Below are positions 47,675 through 60,800 of a stretch of DNA of 64,000 nt, in pieces (the first letter of the stretch is position 1; each line of letters opens with the position of its first letter). The notes under the pieces were generated by a model. That model did no database searches, was not told the DNA's origin, and was given only the letters and a program-made list of their open reading frames with translations. Made by a program: the position numbers and the translations under genes. Source of the DNA: Mustelus asterias (taxonomy: Eukaryota); NCBI RefSeq assembly GCF_964213995.1, contig NC_135808.1, positions 24,676,001 through 24,740,000 on the forward strand. Reading direction: 5' to 3'.

Positions 47675-48403
47675 ACTTAAGGCCGAGCTCTTATATTAAT
47701 TCAGCATTCCTCCCAGTTCCTATCTCTGCAGCTTGTCCCAAAATGAAATACGGAAACTGGATTTAAGCACCCCCTTTCAAAGTGCAGCTGTCTCACTTCA
47801 TTCCTTGCACTAGTATTGTCTATGCAGCATTAGTGCTGTATTTGATGCCCTCTGAGATGGGTTCCAGATGGATCTCACTCAGTCTAGCATCCCCCAATAA
47901 GGGGTACCTGGGGTGTTACAATGGGCTGTTAATTTTCATGCAAAGCTCCTGTTGAAGCGATAGAATAGTGAGAAGCTTAAATGAAACAAAAAGAAATGCA
48001 TTGGGTGACAGTCAGAAAATGTGTTCACGCAATCCAGGAAAAGGGAAAATAATTTTAAAAAAGTAAGTAAACCAGATGGGAGCAAAAGAAATATGTGATT
48101 AATTGTGGACAACGGCCCTGCAGTCATCCGCAAACTGCAGATCTGGTTTGTTGATGGTGGTGAATTAAATTTTGGCACTGAGGCATCTGAGGTTAAAGAA
48201 CTTTCCATCCAGAATGGACTTAATAGTTGACTTCTGGTCAGCTGAATAGCCACTTTCAGGTAGATTGCGAATATTAAGGTGGTTTATCAACCTTGATGGA
48301 CACAGGTCCACATCTTCACATTAATAACCATGGTATCAGCAAAATACTGCGGATGCTGCTGAAAAATCTCATCAGGTCTGACAGCATCTGTGGGGAGAGA
48401 ATA

Positions 48404-48445
48404 GAGCCAACGTTTCGAGGCTCGATGATGCTTCGTCAGAGCTGA
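48404..48445 (-). ncRNA. Hammerhead motif (family 2 pLTR)
   Basis: AGCT-CTGACGA-A...CTC-GAAA-CG-TT-GGCT, with stem I AGCT/GGCT and palindromic AACGTT. Stem II is decayed here but intact (GGGTC/GACTC) in the 49761-49796 copy. Confidence 0.6.
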
Positions 48446-49162
48446 ATGCAAAGAGAATATGCAGACATTTATATTTTAAGGGTCGGAAGATGGGGGTGGA
48501 ATTGAACAAAAGCAATGGAAACGAGGATACAGAAGGCTGGGAAGATGCTAAGAGTGTCCATTAAGTGATGAGAATGCAGGAATGGCAGAACACAGGTACG
48601 GATTGTTAAAGGACTGCCTGAGGAATGTGGCAGTTGCAGTGAAGGAGAGCTGGAATGGAGAAGTGAAAATATATAACTGAAAAAGGATGATTAAATGGAT
48701 GAATGATAGGACTTGAAATGAAATAAAATAAATTGAAATGGGGTGACGGTGGAGGAGAGAGTTCATCCTCTGAAGTCGTTGAACTCAATGTTCAGTCCAG
48801 AAGGCTGTGAAGTGCCCAATCGCAAGGTGGGGTGCTGTTCCTCCACTTTGTGTTGGGGTTCGATAGAACATTGCAAAAGGCCGAGGATGAACATATGGAC
48901 AGGAGAGCAGGGTGGTGTGTCGAAGTGGCAAGCGACCAGAAGGACTGTGTCCTGTTTGCCGACGGACTGAGTGTGTTCAGAAAAGCGGTCACCCTGTCTG
49001 CATTTTGTCTCTCCGATATAGAGTTGACTGCATTGGAATCAGCGAATGCAATAGTGCTGTTTGTAGGAGGTGCATGTGAACCACTGCTTCACCTGAAAGG
49101 AATGTTTTGGACCCGTGACGCAGGGAAGAAGTAAAGGAGCAGGTGTTACACCCTCTACGATT

Positions 49163-49520
49163 CATAGAAATCATAGAAGAAATCATAGAAGCCCGACAGT
49201 ACAGAAAGAGACTATTCGGCCCATCGAGTCTGCACCGACCACAATCCCACCCTGGCCCTAGCCCCACATCCCTACATATTTACCCACTAATCCCTCTAAC
49301 CTACGCATCTCAGGACACTAAGGACAATTTTTAGCATGGCCAATCAACCTCACCCGCAGATCTTTGGACTATGGGAGGAAACCGGAGCACCCGGAGGAAA
49401 CCCACGCAGACACGAGGAGAATGTGCAAACGCCACACAGACAGTGACCCAAGCCGGGAATCGAACCCAGGTCCCTGGAGCTGTGAAGCAGCAGTGCTAAC
49501 CACTGTGCTACCGTGCCGCC
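49163..49520 (-). mobile_element. HE1-type SINE, full length
   Basis: Near-identical to 11256-11573. Confidence 0.9.
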
Positions 49521-52084
49521 TGCATGGGAAGATGCCGTGGGCAGTGGGTGAGGAGTTGGGTGTGATGGAGGAGTGGATCAGCCTATCCCAGAACGAGTGG
49601 TCCCTGTGGAATGCTGACAGCGGGGGCGAAGGGAAGCTGTGTTGGGTAGTGGCATCATGCTGGAGTTGGCAGAAATGGCTGAGGATAGTCCTTTGAATGG
49701 GAACAGAAAATACTGGAAAATCTCAGCAGGTCTCACAGCCTCTGTGGGGAGAGAATAGTCCCAACATCTCGAGTCTAGATGACCCTTCGACAGAGCGGTC
49801 TGTATTGCCATTAATGGGTTTACCATGTGAAAACAAACAGATTAAAGAAGGCCAGGGCTATCGCTCAGCAAGTATGGACCCACTGAAATCCATAAGCACT
49901 TGGGGCTCAGTCATTTTGGAATAGAACCATAGAAAATTTCAGCTCAGAAACCGGCCTTTTGGCCCTTCTTGTCTGTGCCGAACCATTTTTTGCCCAGTCC
50001 CACTGACCTGCACTTGGAATAGAACCATAGAAAATTTTCTTCAATTTTCTTAAAGGTTTATTTGTTAGTGTTACAAGTAGGCTTATAGTAACACTACAGT
50101 GTGAAAATCCCCTAGTCGCCACACCCCGGCACCTGTTGGGGTACATTGGGGTAGAATGTAGCCTGGCCAAAGCACTGAACCTTCACGTCTTTTGTCTATG
50201 GGAGGAAACCAGCGCATCCGCACAGACAGTCATCCAAGCTGGGAACCAAACCTAGGTCCCTGGCGCTATGATTCAGCAGTGCTAACAACTGTGCCAATTG
50301 AAACCTCAACCGTGGAGAATTAATAACAGTGCACAATGACAGATCACAGGACTATACCATACCAATCCCAATGTATTAGAAAGAATCAGATGAGTATATT
50401 GCAGATGTTACAGATATAACCTTCCAATGTTTCACCATGTCGGGAACTACTTGATCAATAAGGTTCTGTTCACTCAAGTTAAAGAAGTGCACAAAGGCCA
50501 ACTCCCAGTTCAAGATATGAAAGGTGCAGATGTGATGCAGTTGGCTGGCGAGAAGCCAGACATCTTAAACAATCCTGAGATTGGTGATGGCGTAATACAT
50601 TCTATTAAGCAGCGTGCTCTGTTGGTGTGGTTGGGTTACCGAGTTGTGCAGGTTAGGTGGATTGGCCGTGCTAAATTGCCCCTTAGTGTCAGGAAGACTA
50701 GTTAGGCTAATACAGGGGGTTATGGGGACAGGGCCTGGGTGAGGTTGTGGTCGTTCCAGACGATAGGCTGAATGGCCTCCTTCTGAACTGTACGATTCTA
50801 TGACTCTCATAAACCTGAGCTGCAAAGGTGTCTGGGAAAGGGGAGCAGAGATTGAATGTGATGGAAGTGTGGGCCAAGTTTTCCACGCCACAAAGAGGTG
50901 AGGGCACCCTGCTTATCCTTATAACTGTGTGCAAGATATTCAGCTGTTCCATTGACCCAGGCCTGCGAAGAATGACCACTTAGAGCCATAGCAGTGACGG
51001 AAATCAGAGGCTGCTCGGCACTTTAAATAATTGAAGCAGATTGTTTTCTTCCACTTGTAACGTGTCTCCAATGCAGCCAATAGTGAGCAAGTTTGTGCTA
51101 TGCGGATATTGGTGAGTGAATTTCGTTTGAATTTTAAACTTTAAATCAACACATGCTGCGTCAGAAGTTGAATGGTAAACCATAATTTCTAGCTACATTT
51201 TCGTTTTCTCTCTTACAGTTAAGTGTAGTGGCGATTGCAGTCCTGACCTGAGGGAAGTGCAGCCTTTCCACTTTCACCACTCGCTACATGGTGGCCATGG
51301 CAATGGTAGATCTGCGAGTCATTATCAACGCTGTCATATTCTTAGGAATCAGTTCTTATTATTTGCTGTCATCTTTTTGGAACATCGCCCCTGTTTGCAG
51401 TGTTAGCTTCATCCTGATTTATGCAGCTGCGGAATGTTCTGTCTGGTTCATTGTCGTTTTCTCCTTTGATAGATTTGAGACCATTTGTTGCTCGAAGATT
51501 GAAACAAAATATTGCTCCGAGAAAACGGCAGTTGTTGTTCTTTCGACGACTTGAACTCTACTCTGTTTAAAAGCCAACCTGGTCAATTCAGACCTGAACC
51601 TGGAGAGGTAATTGACAATGTTCCCTTGTTCCGTAATGACAAGCAAAGCTATTATACTGATCTTGGGTGGCATTTAATTTATTTGATAGCATTTTTACAA
51701 CATTGCTCCAGTTGACTACAATTATGTTGCTCAATGCTATGACAGTCAGATATATTTTAGTGACGTGACGAGTCCTTAAGGGACTGAGGGGTCAGAACCA
51801 GGGAGAGAATCGCAGTGACCCAGAGGTGGAGAGCAGAAGGAAGTCTGTGATTTTGCTCTTCCCCTTTTCTGGCAGTCTCATACTTCAATGGATTTTAAAT
51901 GGAATCAAGTTGTCGTGTGTTGGAGTGCAGGAGGTAATCACGAATATTACAATGATTCCTTGAAAGTCTTTGTGAAAATCAGACCGATGCTGGTGGATTT
52001 AAATTGCGATACAAACGCATTTATTATGTAGTGGCCCAATGCAAGTTCAAAGAACAGTTCAAAAGTCTGGTGAAATATTCGGTT

Positions 52085-55000
52085 TGTCGAAATCTCGACT
52101 TCTGAGTTTGACTTTATCGCAAACACACATAAACACAATATACTTAACAGACAGATTGTCTTTATTTACTTGCTAGCAAGGGGACGGTCTTGACACAATG
52201 GGTCAGAGGCACCACTCCACCGGACCAAAGAAAACCATCCTGGTTTATCCAATTCTGCAGCTCACAGTCAGTTAGGCACAATCCAATCAAAAGTGTTACA
52301 AATGACATACTTTAAGTATTGATCCAATAGAATGAAAGTACTGAACCACGCTGATGTACAAGATCACGATACCTCGTGGGATAACCCAATATATCATCCC
52401 TAAGCCTGTCTTCTAGTCTTTTAATCAGACATCATGTCTCTATTTTGATAGCAGCCTCACAAAATATCTTCACGAAAACAGTCTCACATGGACATTCTTT
52501 AATTGAGAAAGGGGTCATACAAAGGCCATTAGCATTTTAGGGCCTTGTCAGTGAAGTTAACTGAATCTCTAAGGGATATGGTCAACTCAACTTGGCCTCA
52601 GAATATTCCCTGATTATAGCCCTGATATGTTTGTTTATGGCCAACATAATGAAACACGTGTATATATTGCTTATCAATTCAATGACTGACCTTTTTATCA
52701 CTACCTACAATTTCGAGGGGTGTCATCATGTTTCTATTAATCATTGTCAGTTCCCATTAAGTCCCCAACCATAACTCTTTCGTTAGCTGTGATACTCATG
52801 TCTTTCTGACTCTGTTTTGATTAGAAACTGTGAAGGCAGCCTCATTAAAACTCACTCTTGTATCAGTTGTTTCTGATAAAGGATCTGGTAAGGCAATTAA
52901 GTGTCCTTTATGGCCTTGTGATTCCAACAGTTGGATGCTTTAAATGAATGTATCTAACGTATGTTTAGTATCAAAGGACACTCTATAACTGTGCATCTAA
53001 ATTTCTTTGTTTAACTTCTAAAAATATACAGAAGATATATTTATATTTATAGACTAATTGAAGGTATTAAACATATCTTTAAAAGTACAAAGTACTAAAA
53101 ACACCTAATTACAATTACGAACAAACTTGGTCCCCATTGATAAAATGAATTCTACATCTAAGTTTGATTAAACAGAAAACTCAAGCAGAGTCTGGCAATC
53201 TCGGAGTAACCCTTTTCTTTTCTATCTTTCGACATGCCCTCCTCTTGTCCTTGTCAAGGACAACAATTTCAATCTAACTGAATCTTGTAAAGTCTCTTCA
53301 TTTCCTTGTCTACTGCATTCTCTGAGAGTTCTGGAGTTGTTATTATCATCATAGTGGCTACAGCTCCTGGTATAACTGCATTTCCAAACCGTGCACGGCA
53401 ACACTTTATCATGGCAAATACCAGACATCGGGTAACGATAACGGCCAAAAATACGATTAACCCATGTACTAGGAACCTACCTATTGCTCCTAAACATCAC
53501 CCCACCCAACCCAAAAATTCTCGAAGAATCTGGTTCCTTAAACATCTTATCCTTCTTTTGGACATGGTCCACTAAACTACCAATTTCATCAGAATACTTG
53601 GGGATATATGTACAGCATTCAGACCTTATTATCGCACATGTCCCACCTTTTTCAGCAAACAAATAATCTCGGGCCATCCTGTTCTGTAAAGTCACTGTCC
53701 TAATGGCTCTCATCTCATTGCTTAACCCTTTTATAGCTTTTGTGATTTCATTTGCCACCACTTCTAATAATTTAACTATTTTTATTATTTCGACTGAGGT
53801 AAATCCCATTCCAACAGAGGGAAAAGGGGTGGAGAAGGATTGTTGTGTTTCTGTAAGAGCGCGTTTATACCAATAAAGGGGGTGATGTGCTGGGGAGGGC
53901 AAATGATGGATATAAGACATTACATATCCCAGGTAACATGACCCTTCCCAATTTAATGGCAACCAGGGATATGCTTTATGTCGATACAACAAAGTATGTT
54001 CCATTTAAGGTTCACAAACTGATACCATTTCCTTCAGTTATAGTGTTTGCAAATGTGCGGATCAGTGAAATGTCACACTTACTTGTTCCTGCATTCCATC
54101 CACCTGTCTGTATGCTGACCAGACAAATTGCCCCATTGGGTCTCCCTTGTTCTGTTGTGTTAGTAAGGAACAAGAGAGGGGGCTTCTGAGAAAGGTTATA
54201 ATGAGCTTGGAACCTTCCATTAAATTTATTCATATTACACCCAGCTGATTCCCAATGTTCCCTGCTATTCCCTCGTCGTTCCTTAAGAAGGACTATTGTT
54301 CTGGTTTTGGGCGACATTTTCTGATTCAGCCACCATTCTGATTCATTGAAAGGAATTGGACTTAAAGGAATACCTCCTTCGGGTGCGTCGGTACATGAGT
54401 ACACACCCAACAGCTGGAAGCGTTGATATCCTTGGCATAGGTGTATCACATGTGCATGAAGGTATTTATGTGCAATTCACACAATACATGTATTATATAT
54501 GTCACAAGAAAATATAGAGTCTTAATGTCCAGTTTCCTATATCGATGAGGCTGATGATTCCTTTTCCTCGGGACCTGGAGCCCATTTGCAATGCGATGCG
54601 TGGATCCATGACGGTCTTTCCTTCACCTTGATCGCAGTGTTGGTGGTCAGCAAGACGTGAGAGGGGCCCTCAAATCGTGGGTGAAGACTATTCTCTCTTT
54701 TAAACACCTTCACATGAAAGACGTCGCCCAGTTCTAAGTTGTGGCACCTCCCTTCTGTGGGATCAGTCTGAGCTTCCTTTACCTGGGAATGGAAACTAGA
54801 AATACATTTTGTTAACGCAATACAATCGTTTAGCACATTTTCTTCCATTCTGTGGATATTCAAATGCTTAACAGAAATAAAAAGGCAAATGTTACGGGCT
54901 TGTGTGGTAATAGCCCAATTGTTCTGTTTGTTGCTGACCGCATTACCATTACTGCTCAGGGTAACAGTTGAACCGATTTTATTCCGGTTTCCACACAATG

Positions 55001-57723
55001 TTTGCCAGCTTGTTCTTCAGCATTCCATTATATCTCTATACCAGTCCAGCTGACTGTGGAGGATAACTGCAATGAAAATGCTGATTGATTCGCAATGCTT
55101 GACACATTTCTTTCATATCTGTCCCGTTAAAATGTGATCCATTATCACTTGAAAGTTGTAGAGGTATGCCAAATCGTGGCACAATTTATTTTAGAAAATA
55201 CTTAGCAACAATAGTAGCATCATTATTTTTAAATGGAAAGGCTTCAAGCCATCTAGGAAATACATCAATAATTACTAATATACACTTAACCCCCATGCAC
55301 GGGGGTAATTCAATAAAATCAATTTGCAGATTTACAAAGGGTCCTGTTGGATTTGGGTGGGAGGCAGCCTATACCTTTTCTGTTTTTCCCAGATTTATGG
55401 TTTGACAGGAAACACATCTTTCAGTAATTTGTTTGTGGTTGCTGAAATATCTGGTGCATACCATTTTTAAAAATATAGTCTGCCACCTCCCCCACCCACC
55501 CCCTTTTTCGAATCTCCAATTTACCTTCTTTTTTTTCCTTCCTCCCGGGATCTCTGTTCAAAAGGCATTCTTCTAGACAGGATATTCTATCGAGGTTGAA
55601 TGTATCAAAAGGTGGGAAAGATTTATTCTTACCCTTGGTCCATTCTACCCATTGTTGCAGGTCACTGATTGGTGACTGACCACAATTTTGAAACAAAGAA
55701 AGCTGATGTTCCCTTCTGTGAAATTTTATTCGAACTAGCTCCCATTCTCTTAACTGATTGAGTTGGCACAGGTCACAGTATACAATCCCATTGCATCAAC
55801 CGGTATTCTCTTCGCTCACTTCACCTGGCCTTCATGTGCCCATTTGGGCTCTTAATTCCGGCTCAGTCTGGGTGTCTGTGATATTTGTTGGATGCAAGTC
55901 ACTCGTTTGCTGATCAACCGATTATCACAGCAACTCAATCAGTTAAGGGTGATTTACTTTGTATCCCTCTGTTAATTCCCAGTGATTTGATTCCCAAGGG
56001 CTCGACAGGAACATAAAGTACAAAACGCACAACAAATATCACAAACAGTACAATCTTATACTTTAACTAAACATAAAAACAATTCTCTGTCTACGTTGTG
56101 TGCCACCACAGACAGAGCCCTTAACACATTATCTTAAACTCTAACAATGCACTTTACTTAATCTCACTTATGATCCTATCACAGAAGGATCGGTCCTATC
56201 ACACAAGGACTCAATCTGTCCCTTTTAACTTTTTTGCCCCATCAAACAAGGGCTTATTCCTCTCACAGAGGGAACAGTAACTTTCTCTCTTTCTTCTGAC
56301 GTCTTTCCTTTAGGCTTACTTACACAATCTGTCCGGTCTGTTCAGGAATGGATTTTCAACAATCTGTCCCTCTTTGTCGTCAAGCTAAAGAAGAGGAAGT
56401 GATAAAAATAAATTACTGAAATCAGTCAAATATCGCAGGACACCCGCCGGGACAAACAGACTGCACTTTCATCCATCCAAGGGAGGGCCTCTTTAGTGAC
56501 TAAAGTATCACCCTTTATTTCACTGGCCAGTTGGAGTCATTCCTTGGAGAGCCGCTGTCCTTGTGTCTGTTTACTCACCAGGTAGGGGCAAGTGATCTTG
56601 GAGGAACCTCCAAGGAACACTGTCGAAATCTCGACATCCGAGTTAGACTTTAACATAAACACATATCAACACAAAATACTTAACCGGCAGATTGAGTTTA
56701 TTTACTTTGCTAGCAAGGGGATGGTCTTGACACAACGGGTCAGAAACACCACTCCACCGGACCAAAGAAAATCATCCTGGTTTATACAATTCTGCAGCTC
56801 GCAGTCAGTTGGACACAATCCAATCAAAAGTGTTACAAATGACATACTTTTAGTATTGATCCAATAGAATGAAAATACTGAAACACTCTGATGTATGAGA
56901 TCATGATACTTCGTGGGATACCCCAATATATCATCCCTAAGCCTGTCCTCGAGTTTCTTAGTCAGATATCATGTCTCTATTTTGATAGCAGCCTCACAAA
57001 ACATCTGCACGAGAACAGTCTGACGTGGGCATCCTTTAATTGATAAAGGGGGGGCTACAAAAGCCATTAGTATTTTATGGCCTTTCAGTGAAGTTAACTG
57101 AATCTCTAAGGGATGTGGTCAACTCAACTTGCCTTCAGGATATTCCCTGATTATAGCCCTGATAAGTTTGTCTGTTGCCTACATAATGAAACACATGTTT
57201 ACATTGCTTATCAATTCAATGACTGAACTTTTTATCACAACCTACAATTTCAAGGGGTGTCATCATGTTACCATTAATCATTGTCAATTCCCACTAAGTC
57301 CCCTACCATAACTCTTTCGTTAGCTGTGGCATTATTGTCCTTCTGACTATGTTTTGATTAGAAACTGTGAAGGCAGCCTCATTATGCTTGCATCAGTTGC
57401 TTCTGATAAGTATCTTCTAAGGCAATTAAGTATCCTTTATGGCCTTGTGTATCTCACATATGTTTAGTATCAAAGGACACTCTGTAACTGTGCATCAAAG
57501 TTTCTGTGTTTAACTTTTAAAAATGTATAGAAGATATATTTATATGTGTGGACTAATTAAAGATATTACGCGTACCATTAAAACTACAAATTATTTAAAA
57601 CATCTAATTATAATTATGAACAAACTTGCTCCCCATTGATAAAGTGAATTCTACATCTAAACAAAAAACCCAAGCAGAGTCTGGCAATCTTATACTAGCT
57701 CTTTTCTTTTCTACCTTTCTGCA
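52085..57723 (-). mobile_element. Class I (gamma/epsilon-like) endogenous retrovirus, internally deleted
   Basis: LTRs 56621-57723 and 52085-53234 (TG...CA, about 1.1 kb); TSD GGTT (52081-52084, 57724-57727); PPT at 53235-53250. Gag start MGASS at 55745; integrase (QIDFIELP, SSDNG, PQSAG, GPSHVLLTT..WIHASHCK); env with YKR cleavage site, ISD LQNRMARDYL and CX6CC. Confidence 0.95.
56595..56612 (-). promoter_or_regulatory. ERV primer-binding site, tRNA-Gln-like
   Basis: TGGAGGTTCCTCCAAGAT vs the Gln PBS TGGAGGTTCCACCGAGAT (16/18), 8 nt inside the 5' LTR; splice-donor-like GGTGAGT follows at about 56579-56573. Confidence 0.75.
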
Positions 57724-58479
57724 GGTTACATCAATTATTCAAAATGGAATAAACAAAACGATTGAGAGCAGCCCAGAGGAGGATCCAAGTGCTTCTGAGC
57801 CATTAGAACATTGTGTCTCAGAGTTCCATAATCTGAATGACGACTGGAATCGCTGGGTATCCGAAAATAGCTGGAGCTGATGGGGTCTTCACTGTGTGGA
57901 GGACAACTTCGTTTTTGACTGTTGCGATCACGCTTTCTTCCATGACATGACTAAAGTATTTTTGCATTCCATGTGACGTCTTCTGGAAGAGATAGTGATC
58001 GTGTGGAACAAATAATTGACGGCTCCCAGAGCCGCAGCCCCCTCAGGAAGGAGAGCTAAGTTGTAGTTTGGAGAATTTCATTACATAGAATGCGAAAGAC
58101 TTTCTGCCCAACTAGCTTGTACTGGTCTTAATAAACCTCAGGACTCTCCTCCCATTTCATTATCTGAGCTCTTCAGCACATCATGTTGTTTTTATTTTCC
58201 ATCTTGCCCGTGTTATTTTTTCACTTTTTTATCTTCACATCCATTTGTTTCAACCACTGCCTGTGTTCCTAAATTCCGCTTTCTAACCTCCTTGTTAACT
58301 CAATCCCAATTTCCCGACCGGATTCATTTGTAACCTCACAAAATAGCAGAATTTCTGCAGCACAGGAGGAGGTATTTGGCAAATTGTGCCTGAGGTGTGT
58401 GCTGTGTCTCCGAATGTGTCGTTCACATCGTGCCATTCTCCCGTCTTTCTCCCTGTAACCCTGTACTTTCGTCTTTTGC

Positions 58480-60800
58480 AGATAACAGTCCAATTCCCTT
58501 TTTGAGTTTCCATTTCACCTGCCTCCACCATAGTCTCAGATCATGCAATCCAGCATTTAATCGCTAGCTGCATGAAGAGTTTTCTCCTCATGTCGCTTTT
58601 GCTTCTTTTGAAAATCACTTCAAATCTGTGTTCTCTCATTCTCGACCTTTTCACGAGGAAGAATAGATTCTCCCTGTGATCTCTGTCCAGATTCATTATG
58701 AACTTCAATCAAATCTATGAAATCTCCTTTCAGCCTCTTGGTTTGTTCTCTCCAAGGAAAATAGGCTGAAACTTTCCAATATATCTTCATCACTGAAGAT
58801 CTTCATCACTATACACATTCACAATAATATTGTTTGCATCTTCTCCAACGCCGTGTAATCGTTCCTAATGTGCAGCACTCAGACTTGGACACAGGAGAAC
58901 CACAGAAATTATAGAAGGGGGCCATTCGACCTATCTGTCCCATACAGACCCAAAGACACAGAAGTGCACTTCCAAAGCCATATTCTTGCACATGCCCGAT
59001 AGCCCTGCACCCTAGAGCACTTAAAGTGCAGATCCAGGTAATATTTAAACGGGTTGAGGGTCTCCGCCTCCACCAACAACCCAGGAAGTGAATTCCATAT
59101 AGCTACTCCCCTCTGCATAAAAATGTTTTCCTCATGTACCCTCTATTTCTTCTGTCACTTGGCCTGAATCGAAGATACCTGGCTTTTGCACTCTCTGCCA
59201 AGCGAAGCAGGATCCTCCTCCGTCATAGAATCATAGAATCCCTACAGTGCAGAAGGAGGCCATTCGGCCCATCGAGTCTGCACCGATCAAAATCTCACCC
59301 AGGCCCTATCCACGTTACCCCACGCATTTACCCTAAGGGCAATTTACCACGGACAAATAACTAACCTGCATATCTTTGGGCTGTGGGAGGAAACCGGAGC
59401 ACCCAGAGGAAACCCACGCAGACACGGGGAGAACGTGCAGACTCCACACTGACAGTGACACAAGCTGGGAATCGAACCCAGTTCCCTGATGCTGTGAGGC
59501 AGCAGTGCTAGTCACTGTGTCAGCGTGCCGCCCCATGGTGTCTACTCTTCCCGACCTCACAATTTTATGTAGCTCAATCATGTCACCCCCACCACCCAGC
59601 CTTCTCTGTTCCTCGGAAAACAACCCTAACCCCTCCAATTACTCCTTCAGCTAGAATTCTCCAGTCATGGCAACATTCATGTACATTTTTCTTGCATTAT
59701 CTCTGGAGCACTTATGCCCTTCCTGTAATCTGGTGACGAGAACCGCACACAATAATTCAGTTGAGGCCTCACCAGTGTCTTCTACAGTTTCGTCATAAAA
59801 CCCCTACTTCTGTATCCTCTACCTCTGCCAATGAAGGGGACCATTCTATGTGCCTTGTTTACAAACTTACCTACCTGCACTGCTATCTTTAGGGACCTGT
59901 GCCCAAGACCTCCCACTTCATCTATCCATTTCATTATAATACCGTTTTTTGTGCATTGCCTTTTACTGTTTGCCCTTTGGAAATATGTTGCCTCACGCTT
60001 AACCGAGATGAAATCCATCTGCCGCTTTCCTGTTCACTCCACCAACCTATTTAAATCATTCTGAAGCTGACAGCTATGCGCTGCGCTGTCCACTAAGCAA
60101 CGAATTTAGTGTCATCTACAAATCTCCCAATCGTGACCACATGTTCAATTACAAATCGTTAATATTAAAACAAACACCAGGAGTCCCAACACCGACCCCC
60201 GGGGAACACCACTTGAAACAGTTTCCCATTCGCAAGGCAGCCATTGTTTCCTGTTACTAAGCCAATTCTGGATCCAATTCACCACATTACCATGTATCTC
60301 ATATTTTATCCAATATTTCACACTGCTCCGCTTGGATTACTATATCCGCATGGTCGCTTTTCTTTGTGAACACGGAGACAAAAAAAAGTCATTCAAAACA
60401 CTTGCAATATTCTGTCCGTCTTCTCACAATACTCCATCGGAGGCAGAACTTGTGTCACGTAATTATTCAACATAACTTCCTTGCTCTTGTACTCTCTGGA
60501 CCGACTAATGAACCCTGGGATACTGTACGCTTTGCAGCTGTCCTGCCACTGTGAACACATTATACACATGTACACCGAGACCCCTCGGCTCCCACCCCTC
60601 CTTGTGTCCTTTAATTTATATGTTTGATTCATGTTTTTCCGATCAATATTAATCACTTAATCTGCACTTGACCACCAACTCCACCAATTTATCTCAGTCA
60701 TTTAGAAGTTCTACACTGTCCACCTCCAAATTCCACAATTTTGCGAATTTGCATATCATCTACAATCTTTGAAAGTCTGCCCTGTACAATAAAGGATGCA
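58480..60800 (-). mobile_element. Degenerate CR1 3' fragments with an HE1-type SINE at 59223-59533
   Basis: WNSLPG..VEAETL..FK..LD and GVPRGSVLG remnants; SINE head and tail. Confidence 0.7.

Larger units (their letters stand above)
48338..49796 (-). mobile_element. Penelope-like element (family 2), GIY-YIG remnant between direct pLTRs
   Basis: Endonuclease remnants at 48770-49160; terminal segment 48338-48445 repeated at 49700-49796; SINE inserted at 49163-49520. Confidence 0.78.
51219..57760 (+). pseudogene. GPR139-like GPCR pseudogene (exon 2), interrupted by an ERV
   Basis: Acceptor tctcttacAG at 51217-51218. Homologous to 33928-34829 (YMVAMAMVDL, CSVWFIVVFSFDRF, SDPEVESRRKS, NAFI) with stops and frameshifts. 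The C-terminus KYSV|TSIIQ resumes at 57728. Exon 1 was not found. Confidence 0.9.

Noticed and set aside
50340-51218. Exon 1 of the GPCR pseudogene (GGTGAGT near 51111)
   Set aside because: Upstream sequence does not encode the YYxxLAVIGIP-type TM1 start.
53250-54540. Domesticated syncytin-like env
   Set aside because: env is broken by frameshifts and stops.
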